Shown: piece by piece, positions 37,201-49,200 of the stretch
Position numbering within the stretch: position 1 is the first letter of the stretch
Layout of the letters: each line of letters begins with the position of its first letter
Assembly (NCBI GenBank): GCA_047495785.1
Contig: JBLDXI010000013.1
Location: forward strand, 1,736,001-1,800,000
DNA from: Lepidodermella squamata
Taxonomy: Eukaryota > Animalia > Gastrotricha
DNA length: 64,000 bases
Direction of reading: 5' to 3'
The notes under the pieces: model-generated
What the model was told of the DNA's origin: nothing
The model's database searches: none
What the model saw: only the letters and a program-made list of their open reading frames with translations
Made by a program: the position numbers and the translations under genes

Positions 37201-40200
37201 ATCAAACCTCATTCCTGCATCCTCGTGTAGAAAAACATCGTCGTTTTACCCGTTCGTAACACAACTCAATCCGCCTTAAAATATTTTGTTTGAAAAATGC
37301 CGCAGAGGTATGTTGTGCAGATTGCTTACAACTTAGCAGAGCTTCGTTTTGATTTTAGAGTAGCAGTCGACGGAAATTCAAAAATAGAGCTTTTATGAGA
37401 GCCGAAATGTAATAACGGAGTGTGTTGTTTTACTATGAACAGAAAAAGCATCCCCGGTCGAACAAGCTCGCAAGACGAAAGCCAGCAAACCGGTGATTAT
37501 CAAGGCGCCCCCGACGCAAATCACCGGCAAAGTTGGCCAGATTGCGCGCATCGACGCTCAAATTCAGGCTTATCCACCTCCGCGTTACTATTGGTATGTC
37601 AATTCTACGAAAATCAGCCCTGGTCCGCGATACAAGGTTATTTGAAGCGAGATTATAGCTAGATCCAAATTTTTAACCGGTTTAATAATATAAATGTAGA
37701 TCATCCAAGAAGGCGATCAGTATTCACTTGTTATTATGAGCCTGTCGGCGAAAGATGAAGGCGATTATAAATTAGTTGTCGAAAACCAAGCCGGTCGTGT
37801 GGAAACGCACACCCTTATCAAGATTGAAATTCAGCAGAAGGAGACTAAAGTGGTGAAAACTTCGATCGAAGAACGCCACGCTACTCGAGTTGAAATTCAA
37901 CCGCACGCGCCCATCTTCATTCAGCCGTTGCCGCAAGAAATTCGCGTTCGGCCGAACGAAGTTGCGCGACTCGAGTGTAAGCTATCGTCTTTCCCGCCGG
38001 CTAAGGTTAACTGGTATTTCAATGAGACTTCACTCACCACCTCGAAGAAGTACGAGCTGGACGTGTCGGCAAACGGCGACGGTCAAGGCGTCGCTCGTTT
38101 GTACATCCACAACGCTGTTCGAGCCGATTCTGGCCGTTATATGTGCGAGGCCTTCTCAGATTTGGGCCGCACTGTAAGCACGTGCCATCTCGTGGTCGAG
38201 GAGGAGATGGTTGTCCCGGTCGAACAGACTCAACCTGCTCAGACTGTAGTCACTGTTCAAAAGGAACACGCTGATCAGAAGATTTTGACTCAAATCGAAC
38301 GCGTTACTGTTCGCGAGAAGGAATTCATCCACATCGCGCCTCCACCAGCGCCAGATCCGCCACAGTTCATACGATTAGTTGAGCCGCAAATTGTGCGAGA
38401 GGCCGCTGATATAACGCTGTCTTGTCAGATCGTCCCGATGGAAGGCGTTGACGTCATCTGGACTAAGGATGGCAAAACTCTGAAGCCGAACGATCGCATG
38501 AAAATCGACTACAACAAAACGACGGGAGAAATTACGCTGAAAATTCTGAAATCAGGCAAGATCGATGAAGGCATCTACGCTTGCCAGGTTTCAAATAAAT
38601 CCGGCCGTGGTGTTTCTACGGCCAACGTAGTCGTTCAACCGAAACGAAAGCCGAAATTTGTCCACATCCCGCAGCAGAAAATTATCGTCCGATCTGGGCA
38701 AAGAGTTGTTGCGCAGGCTGTGGTCGAGGGCGAACCGATTCCTGAGGTCACATGGTCGTTCCAGGACAAGCCGATTACTACTGATGAGCGCCATGTTGTG
38801 ACTTACCAGCATAATGTTACTCAAATGGTGATTCATCATGTGACAACTGCCGACCAAGGCGAGTACAAAATAACGGCTGCTAACGATGCCGGAAACGTGA
38901 CGACTTCGGTTTTCATTCAAGTCGAGGAGAACAGAGCTCAGGCCCAAGCCGCCCTTCCCCAACGCCGCGTGGCGCCTGAGGAAGAAATGGAGTTTCTCGA
39001 GTCGACCGAAGAGGAGATGAGCGAAACTGAGGCTGAGCAGGCCCCGGCGCCGCCGCCTGAGGGCTCGAAAGGGAGGCCTCCCTACTTTGTTAAGCAAAAC
39101 GAGCCGCCACTTCGTCGAGTCCAAGACGGTGAGCGTGTCAAGTTCGAAGCAGTGGTCGAAGGTCACCCAAAGCCAAAGGTCAAGTGGCTTCACGACGGCA
39201 AAACTGTCCGCGAAGCCCCAGACCGACGCATCTACTACGACCAGGCCGAAACCGGTCTGACCACCCTGGAGCTGCTCGAAGTTTTCCCGACAGATACCGG
39301 CGAGTGGAGCTGCTTAGCTGAAAATGTCTACGGATCAGCGGTTAGCTCTGCCTACGTTGAAGTCGAGTCGTATGAATACGAGCCGGAATCACCGGCTGAA
39401 ATCAGCCGCCAAATTGTTCGCCAGATGCAGGAACTTCAAGAGGATCTTAAGGCCGAGTCTGTTGCCGATCTTCCCGTCGACGAGTGGCCACAGACCCACC
39501 CGGTCATCCAATTCGTCCAATACGAAATTGGCAGCGCTCAGGTATGATTCGATGCATTTTTCTCGTTAATTTTGGGTTAATTTTAATATTTTCTAGCCCC
39601 AACCACCTCTCGTCTCTTTCACACGGCCGCAGAGTGCAGTCGACCAGGCCGGTTACCTGGGCGACGTGTCCTTTGAAGATTCGTCTGCTGAGAGTCTGTC
39701 TGCCGAAAGTGAACAGCAAGCGCCGCTTGTTGTCGCCGAACGACGAGATAAAATTCCGGCAAAAATCGTCCCTCAACACGGCCTTGCGCCTGAAGTAGGC
39801 GAGCTGAACGAGGGAGTCCAGCCGCCGTCGAACAAACAAGCCACGCTGTCGATGGCCGCGCCTGGTGAGCGGCAGGTGCCTGTCATGGGCACTGAAGCCG
39901 CTTTCCCGCTCGAATCACTTCACCCAGCCCAACAGCTGGCCGTAAGTTACTTACTACTAATCTTAGCCTTACTAATTTACAAATTCATAATTTTTTCTGA
40001 GGCTTGAAAATCGCCGCTCCAAGCACATTGCTTATTTTCTGAAACAAATTTCCCCACAATTTTTAGTTCCCAGAGCTTTTTTACTTGGCTTTTGTTTTAT
40101 TTGCTTCTTCCGCACTTGTCCTTATTTGCTTCAAAAACAGTTAAACGTTGGCTCTGCGCCACGCGTACTATTGACACCTGAGCAGTTGGCCTCGATGGAA

Positions 40201-43200
40201 GTCTCGCATCTGCCGGAGCTGATCGCCCATACGTCAACCAGCCTATCCCCGAACATCCAACTGACAACCCACGACCAACCACTGGAGGTTTCGCTGGAAT
40301 ATCGCGGGAAAAGATTCGCCACCGAAGCTCGCCAAAGTCCTTACCCGACTGATGACGTCATTTTCTCGTCATCTCAAAGCAGCGAAATGGTGCTGGAACT
40401 GTCAAGCGTTGACCAGGACAAACCTCGAATGACGATTTCTGGCCCAACCACCGAACTCGGCCGAGTCTTGGAGAGCGAAATGCGGCTTCAAATGGCTGAG
40501 AAGATAGTCCCAGTTGCCGAAAGCGTCTCCGAGTTACACGCATCCGAGACAGCGATTATGACGCATCAAACTGAACTAGCTCCGTTTGTCGTGGTTGATT
40601 TTCGTACATCCCGCGCAACCGTCGCTCATTTGGCGTCGATGGAGACTGCGTCACTTCAGATCGATCGAACCGCTGCGTTATTCACCAGTGGTTTGCCGAG
40701 TGATATGGCTAGAATTGAAGAATTCTCTGCGAATGAGGTTAACCGCGTTCAAGGTGACCAAACTGCCACCCAGTTCGGGGGACCTCAGAGGCAAACAGCT
40801 CAAGTTCAAGTCGCGGCGACTTCCGGCCTAATTTCCGAGGTCGGTCAGGAAATCTTGCCCGAGCAATACGGCCAGATTACTCAGACTCGAGTCGAACCAA
40901 GCCGTCGAACTTCTGCGACTTATTTCATCGTTCCACATGAAAGTTTAACCTCATTCCAGCTCGAAAAGACGACAGCTCAAAAGGCCGCTGTTCAGCGCGC
41001 TCCAGCCGCAAAGGGCCAAACCGCCCCGGCGGAGGAGAGTGTCGAACACGGCGACGGGTCAGTTCTGATCACATTCAAAGTGCCTCAAATCAAACCATCG
41101 GCTCCAATCGAATTATCCCAGTCCATTGCCGAAGAATTCGCTAAGCAAGTTGCCCTGCAAATTCAGAAGAATTTCGCGGGCGCTGTTCAAGTTCATGACG
41201 TAGCTATTCTGCCTCAAAGTGAGCAACAAGCCTGTGAATACGTCATTGTGACAACGATGGATAAAGCGACAGTTGCGAGGTTCTGTCTTCAGGATCTTCA
41301 AAAGGCCGCCTCGAAGGAGATCGTTTCGGAGGTTGTCGGGAAAATAGCTCAAACCCATCAGAAAACGGCGCCGGTCGATAGAGCCGGCGTGCTGCAGCTC
41401 GCCAATGCCTTTCAAATCGCCGCTCAGGAATTGAGCACTCCAGCGCAATTAGTGGCTCCGTACAGACAGTTGGCTTCGACGCTACTGGCCAAGCCGTCCG
41501 TCCTCGAAGACGTTCGCGTCTTTTCGGTTCAACTTTCGGCCGATCAAGTCCAAGCCGCGCAGCTAGCTTCAGTCCTACACGTCGCTGAAGCTGGCGAGTT
41601 TTGCATCGTACCGAGCTCGCTAAGTGAAGCACGCAAACAGCAGCGTACGATCGCTATTCAAACCGCGTCGACGTCACTTGTCACCGCCAGACACGGCGCC
41701 CAAGTCGCGTTACTGGAGCGATTGAACATTCCAACCGAGCGCAGCCAGGTTTCAACCTGTTCCGCCTCCCTAGCCCTGACAACCGTCGAATCGAAAGTCA
41801 TCGGAGTTTCGGTTAAACTCAACGTTGACCGGCCTCAGGTCGAACGTATCTCCTCCTTACTGCAAACAGCCGGCGGCCAGACCATGCTAGCAGGCGTTAT
41901 TGTTCGAGTTGCGAGGGAACGCGGCCTTCTGGTCGACATTTCCCGAGCTTACGATCTATCCCAAACAGCTGAAGTCGTTCAGTCATCCCAGACCGGCGTA
42001 GTACCCGAAACAGCTTCCGGACAGGAAGTTCCAGCGATTTTCATCTGGCCGAATAGTCTTGAGACTGCGCCGGAAATCGAATCTTCCGTGCCTAAATTGG
42101 CTGTCGAAGGTGTTCGCCAAACACCGGCGGGCATGTACCTCGCCCTCGGCAACGAGAACGCCGCTCATTTAGTCATTCGAGCCGATTTGGACCAGGCAGC
42201 TAGCATCCACTCAATCGCTGCCTCGTTGCAAAGCGTCGAAACGCAAGAGATGCTGACATCTGTCCTTGAAAAGGTCACTGCTGATCGCGGAATTCGCGTA
42301 GATATTGCTGCGCTGCGCAACGCTGTGTCTTGCGGCGAGCTCTCGTCGGAAATCGGGCGTGTTGTTCAGCCGGATACGCACACTGTCGTCGCAATTCCGG
42401 CCGTTTTCGACCTGGTCTACCGTGGTGAGGAAGTTATTATCGCCAAATTGCGTGTCATTGTCGAAAACGCCGCTATCTACCGCGAAGCCATGGAATACCA
42501 GGTACCACAATTGCACCCTGTTTGACGCATGCTGTCTTAGCTTAGTAATTGCTTGCAATCTGTTAATCTTTTCTGTTTAAAGGAATAGTATTTTTTATAC
42601 TGTAACATTTGCTATAACGTTCAAACTTTTCTAGGTCCCACAAACCACAGAGGCTGTTCACGGTCATTCGATTAAGCTTGAATACGAGCAAGCCCAAGTG
42701 CTTTCTCAGGGTGTTCAATCAATTTCGACAGTTTCGACTCAAGTTACGCAGCTGAGCGCCGATAAAATTTTGGCCGAACTGCCACTCGAGCCGAAACCAA
42801 TCTCAGGCACCCTGGAACTCATTGTCAGCCCTGAGCGGGTTGCCGATTTCAGGCTCCGCCTCGTTTCTGAGGAAGTTTCACCGAATTTCGTGCACATGAT
42901 CCTGTCGTCAGCCGAATCGCAGCAACTCATCTCGCAATGGATCGAGAAAGAGGCCCATGATCGCGGTATCATCATGGACCACGCTTCGGTTCTTAACATC
43001 GTCGAACACATTGAATTCGTGTCGGAAAATTTGCCGAAGACGGGAAAGGAAAAACTCAGCGCGCCGACTCTTATTCATGCCGAACTTTCGCTATGCATGG
43101 CCTTCCAACCGGACGCCCTGCAAAGCGATATTTCTCTTAAAACAGATTCTGGCCAGATTTACACGCAAACCGTCGAAATTCAGCGCACTGTTCCGGTCGA

Positions 43201-46200
43201 ACAAGTGGCGAATGCAGTTCAGGCGGATAAGCCTGATCAACTTCAAGGCTTGGTCGAACCGGCCAACCGTGAAGTTGCGGTCATGAAAATCGAGGAAATC
43301 GCCCCGGCTGTTGCCATGGGTACAGTTCTGGACAAACCGGAAATCAGCGAGTTACATGGACATCACGAGGTCGCTGTTCCGGTTAAGGAACCAGCGATGA
43401 GTTTCACGCTTGATCTGAAACCAGGCCAAGTTGTCGAAACGAAACGCTCGCCAGACGAACATCACGCACCGGAGCAGCTTGAAATCGCCGTTGAAGCTCC
43501 GCTTGAACGACGCCATTCAGCTACTTATCGCCAGTCAATGGAGCGTGACACTGTCGTTTTATCTGTCATGGAAACGCCGGTCGACTTCACCGTTGAGCCG
43601 GCGAAACCTCAAGTCGCAGCTGTCAGCTCATCAGCGTCTCAGGTAGAAATGGCTGAGGCGTTGCAAATCGCCACTGAAACTCGCGCGAAATCGCCGAAAG
43701 TGGCGAAAATTGAACAACGTGCTGATCGCCAGATGGAAATGGCCCCGGTCAAGGCCCAGGCTGTTGGAGAGCGTTTTGCTGATAAGAGCGAGACCACCGA
43801 CTTTCAGAAAACAGCTCAACCCGAGTCGCTGCTGCCTCAAAAGACTGAGCAACCGGTTGAATTCGTGAATCTGCCGCAAAAGCGCGACGAAGCTTCTGTT
43901 CAATCAGTCGCCTCAAGCACAGCTGTTGCCGCGTCTCATGAACAGGCCGCGAGCATGATTGGCCAACCGACTGACGTTGCTGATGTTACCCATGCAATGA
44001 GCTCTGGCTCAATTGTTACCCCGGCTATGGAAAAGCCGATGGGTTTCACTCAACATGTCGCCGACGTTCAAGCGGCTGATATCTCGTCATTTGCCGCGCC
44101 GGTTAAGCTGGCGCCTGGTTCGCACATCACCCCGCGAATTAGCGAAACCCCGACGAAATCGCCGAAAGTCACCAGGAAAGCAATCGATGAGCAGGCTACG
44201 ATGACTCCGATGGAAATCGTCCCTCAAGGCTCGACAACCGTCGTCCCTAAGGCCGATAAGCCGACCGAAGTCAAAGTTGCCGGTGAGCAGTTGTCGGTTG
44301 CCAAGGGCGAACAAGTTGCCCAGATGGGGGGAGTTGCGACCCAGAAACGCGTCGAAATTGTTGCAACCAAAATCGCTGCGGTTGTTTCAACAGGTGGCAG
44401 CGTTCAAATCGCGCCCGAAATTTTGGCTAGAATTCTGGTCGAAGAGTCGGAAATGCGACGTGCTGTTACCGAATTGGCTGGAATTCTTAGCGTTGAGCAA
44501 GCCACATCACACGCCCCTGGCTCATCGATGCAGCAGGTGGAAGCGTTAGTCGGTCATTTGATGTCGGCTGTGCGTGAAAGTGCCACAATTGAGCACATCA
44601 TGCCTCAGCTCCCGTCTGGCCACACCATGGACGAGGCTAGCGTTCACCGCATTGCCGCTGAATTGTTAGCTACGGCAAGTTCGGAAACGGTGGCTAGGGA
44701 CGTCAAACCAGCCAGTACACAGCAGAAAACCGAGCAAAGCCACGTCGCGTCAGAAACGTCTCTTCCGACTACGACTGAGGTGGCTCAACTTGGCTCTTAC
44801 AAGCGGGAAGCCGATGAGTCCCAGATTCTTCTGGAGGGCGCTGTTCGTGCCGGAGCAACTAGCCATGAAGTTCTTCCGCTGATTGCGAAGGAACCTCAGC
44901 ACAAGCCGGAATCAGCTGCCGCCCAGCCGGGTCGCGAATTGTCAAAAGTTGCAGCGCTAGAACAAGCTGCTCGAGACGTGAAGCCGAAGCATGTACTTGA
45001 GCGGACTGAAGAGAGCCGCGTTTCATCAGAGGCAGCTCTACCTGCTTCGAGTGAAGTCGCTCAGAGCGGTTCATTCAAGCGTGAAGCTAGGGAAAACACC
45101 CATCTGCTGGAAGGCGCTATTCGAACCACCGCTTTTGGTCAAGAAATTTCGGCAGTTCTACCGAAAGCTGCCGCAAAGCAAACGCCAACCATTACCGTCC
45201 GTGAACCAGTCAAGTAAGTTGAATGAATTTTTCCTAGATGGTATTTGAACTTTTTCCTCTTTTATTAGGCTCGAAAGTGCGACAGTTGCGGAAAAACCGA
45301 AAATCATGCCTCCTCGCGTTGTTCGTGAGTTGCAATCAGCGTCGATCCAAGCTGGTTCTCAGGCGAAATTCGAGTGCCAAATCGAAGGCCAGCCGCAAAG
45401 CATCCATTGGTTCGTCAACGGCTGCGAGGTTGCGGCTTCAAAAAAGTTCTACCCTGTCTACGAGCAAGGCTACTGCTCGTTGATTGTCATGGACGTTAAG
45501 CCTGAGGACGTTGGCGAGGTTCGCATGGTCGCCGAAAACGAAACGGGCGTTTGCAGCTCGGTTGCGACTCTCGAAATCGGAGCGGCGCCGACTATTACCC
45601 GAAAACTGGTCGACGTCAAGGTCATCCCAGGCCAGCCGGCTGTTTTCGAGGTCGAATATGACGCGAAGCCCGAGTCTTGCGTTGTGACTTGGTACCAAGA
45701 CCTCACCCCGATCACCACCACGCCTGACGATATCGAAATCAGCTATCGAACTGGTATCAGCCGGCTTTACATCGCGGCGACCCAGCTGCGCCACCAGGCG
45801 TTGTATGCCGTTGAAATCAGTAACGCCTTTGGCAAGGCCCGATCTGAGGCTCATTTGTACGTCGATGGTAGCCAGACATCTCACTCGACCTTCGAGAAGA
45901 CGATTACGGTCGAGAAAACTGTTTCGACTAGCACGGTGGAGAAAGTGGTGAAAACCGCCCCTCGTGTCGTCCGGCAGCTCCAGTCGACGTCGACCCAGGT
46001 CGGCCAGCAGGTCAAGTTTGACTGCCAGGTCGAAGGTGTGCCTCGCAAGGTGCATTGGTTCGTGAATGGCGTTGAGGTTTCGCAGAGCAAGAAGTTTGTA
46101 CCGATGTACAACGAAGGCTACTGCTCACTTCTCGTCACGGACGTTAAGCCCGAGGACATGGGTGAGGTCCGCATGGTCGCCGAAAATGAAACCGGCGTCT

Positions 46201-49200
46201 GTTGCACGACGGCTTCCCTCGAAATCGGAGGTAACAAGAAAATAACCTGAATTTCTTCAGTTTTTTATATTATTTCATTTCAGCCGCGCCTCAAATTACG
46301 CGCAAACTGGTTGACGTCAAGGTCATGCCTGGCCAACCCGCCGTTTTTGAGATCGAATATGACGCCAAACCAGAAGCTTGTACCGTTACTTGGTACCAGG
46401 TTAGACCGAATTTTCAGACATTTTGCATGCAAAATATTGCATTATTGGAATTTCCCGCCCAGGATTTGACTCCGATTACGACGGATGCTTCTATGGAAGT
46501 CAGCTACCGGACTGGTTACAGCCGCTTGTACATCGCTGCTGTACAGCCGGTTCACCAGTCTGTGTACGCTGTAGAAATCAGCAACGTATTTGGCACCATC
46601 CGTTCTGAGGCTCATCTCTACGTCGAAGGTACGTTATCGCGGGTTTCACTCGTTTCGTTGCCCGCAACCCCGAATTATTCGTTATTGTCGTCGTTATCAA
46701 CCACTACGCCGTTAAAATTATTTCATTCAAAAATGTCTGCTGTCTGTTACTTTTCGAGTTTTTCTCTACTGTGGAAACAACAAATTTTACCGGAAAAACT
46801 GTTGATTGATTTATATTAAAAAGACAGCACGCGCCAACATGTTAATTATTTTGCTGAACAAAACTCTCCTGCCACCCCAACAGAGTGATGAACCACCCGA
46901 CCAAACCCGACGTGTTTTGCTTGATATGTAAAACCAACAAAAGTACTCCTCTATTCAGTAGAATTTGTGTGCATTTGATCGTTTATTGCTCTTTGTTGCG
47001 TGTTTCAATCACCCGTTTGCTTGAATTTTCTGATTTGCGAATGCTGTTCGATTTCATTTTTTCGAATAGTGCCTATAATATTTTATGTAGCACTGTACTA
47101 TTTTCATATTTTTTGTTTGAATTTTAATTTGTTTCTCTTATTGGCATCTATTATATCTCTACAGAATGTCCGAAAAGCGTCGAAGCGGCCGTGGAGTGTC
47201 TAGAGGAGACATTAGTAGACGAAATAATAGAGACTGTCATTGAACAAGTAGTTATTATCTGTTACAACTGGTGGCTACGTAGAGTTGACAAAAGCAAATC
47301 GCCATCACCTGATCCGCATTTTCAAAAACAAACCTCTTCTTCGACTAATACTGTAACGCTATACTTCAATAGCAGCGCTAACGCTGATAGCAGCACTAAT
47401 TTAATGCCTCCTTTGCCCTTACCAAGCCCAAGCCCACGTCGGCTGCGTAGTCCTTCAAGCAGCCACGTGGTGCCTGTCGTTTACTCGCCGTTGCCGTCGC
47501 CCCCGCCAGGTGCGCGGCATGCCAGATCGCGACATGCGCTGCTAATGGCGCCGTACGACAACGACGAGGAAGAGGAAAGGGCCATTCTTGAACTGCTTAT
47601 CGATGAGGCGGCTCAGCGCACCATCGACCGTATAGCTAGCACCCTTATTGACGAAACTGTCTTTGAAAAACTCACCTTCACCGAGCTAAATGAAATCGTT
47701 GAGGAAGAAGTTATCGAAGTAACCTTCAAATGGTTCAAGCGAAAGTAATGCACCTATTTTTGTTGTTGCTGTTGTTGTTATTGTAAATACTATTATTTTT
47801 GCTGCTTTGGCTTTTCTCTATTTTTTCTGTGTCACTTCATCTTTCACAAAAATTTCATGGTGCTTTAAATTTATTCAAAATTTATCAGAGAAACGGTTTT
47901 CCGAGCTTGCTTTTTTCACTGACACTAACGTGGTAGCTATCATAGTTAGAGTAGACGATTTTTTTCACCCTAAAAACCGAAAGGATATTCGCTAATCATC
48001 GGTAGTTCAATAAAACAAATGAATGCGCATGCATTTTTATTTTAATGTGTGAATTTTTACCCGGTTTCTTTACTAGCATTCACCCAAAGCCTGGAACCCG
48101 GCACAAGACAGGAATTTGTTCAGCTTAAAAAAATGTATAACATTTGGAGAAGTGTTGGACACTGGGCAAATAGATGACGTTGAGCACACAAGGATTGTTA
48201 TAATTTAAAATTGAATATTTTTATATAATATTGCTTGTCAATGTTTATCTTACCTTTATTGTTTTAATCACCCTGTCTGTGTTTTTTACTATGCATAATT
48301 ATAGGTGTTGCCGCTGCTGGACATGTCCAGCCTGCACCACAAACGCCTAGCTTGCAGATGAGAGCGACAAAAGGTCGGCATAAGTTTTTAAATTATTTTA
48401 AATTGCTATCGTCATTAATCGCAGTCGAAAATCAAAATTAATCACATTATAAAGTCCAGAGAACAACTAAATTAATTATTAAGGCCTACTCAATGTCTTC
48501 TATCTACTTCCTACCCTCGAACATGTCTATTCGCTCCTTCTTCGAGTGTTTTAAGCGCGGAAACGTTTATGCTAGGTTGGCTCGAATGAAAGCAGGGCTG
48601 ACCTTTCACCAGCATGACGTAACCCTTACTTTCCAATCTGCTGAAAATCTCCAATCCTTAAGAGTGTTGTGATTCGCGAAATTCCTGGTATTGTTAAATG
48701 AATTGAAGCTAAGCGTTGTTTCAAGCTCTGAAAAAATCAAGGAAAAAAGTCAATCGCTCTCAACTGCGAACAAGGCATCACCGTGTTGTTGTTACAAAAA
48801 ATATGTGTTACTTACAAATTAATCGGACACCTTTAAAGCCCCAAATCCTTTAAAGAACTCACGAATGCTAAAATTAATGATCAATAATTTCAGTTTTTCA
48901 ACCCGTACACATCCCCAAGCTGTGAAAACCGTCTTGGGAAAAGCACACAAATTAAATGCCGATTGCTAACAAAAGGCTTTTGAATTTTAATAATTTCGAA
49001 AAATCTAAAGCAACATGAAAATTCAAAAAAAATGTGCTAAACTCTGTTATACGGTAGCTATAATATCTCTTCGTATTAATCGTGCAGCTAAAAATACCCG
49101 TTAATAATAATTTTCAATGATTTATATGTTGAGAATTGTTATAAGTAAACTGAAAATGATTCGGTGTTAAACACGGTGATGCCTTATTGACTTTGGGTTA

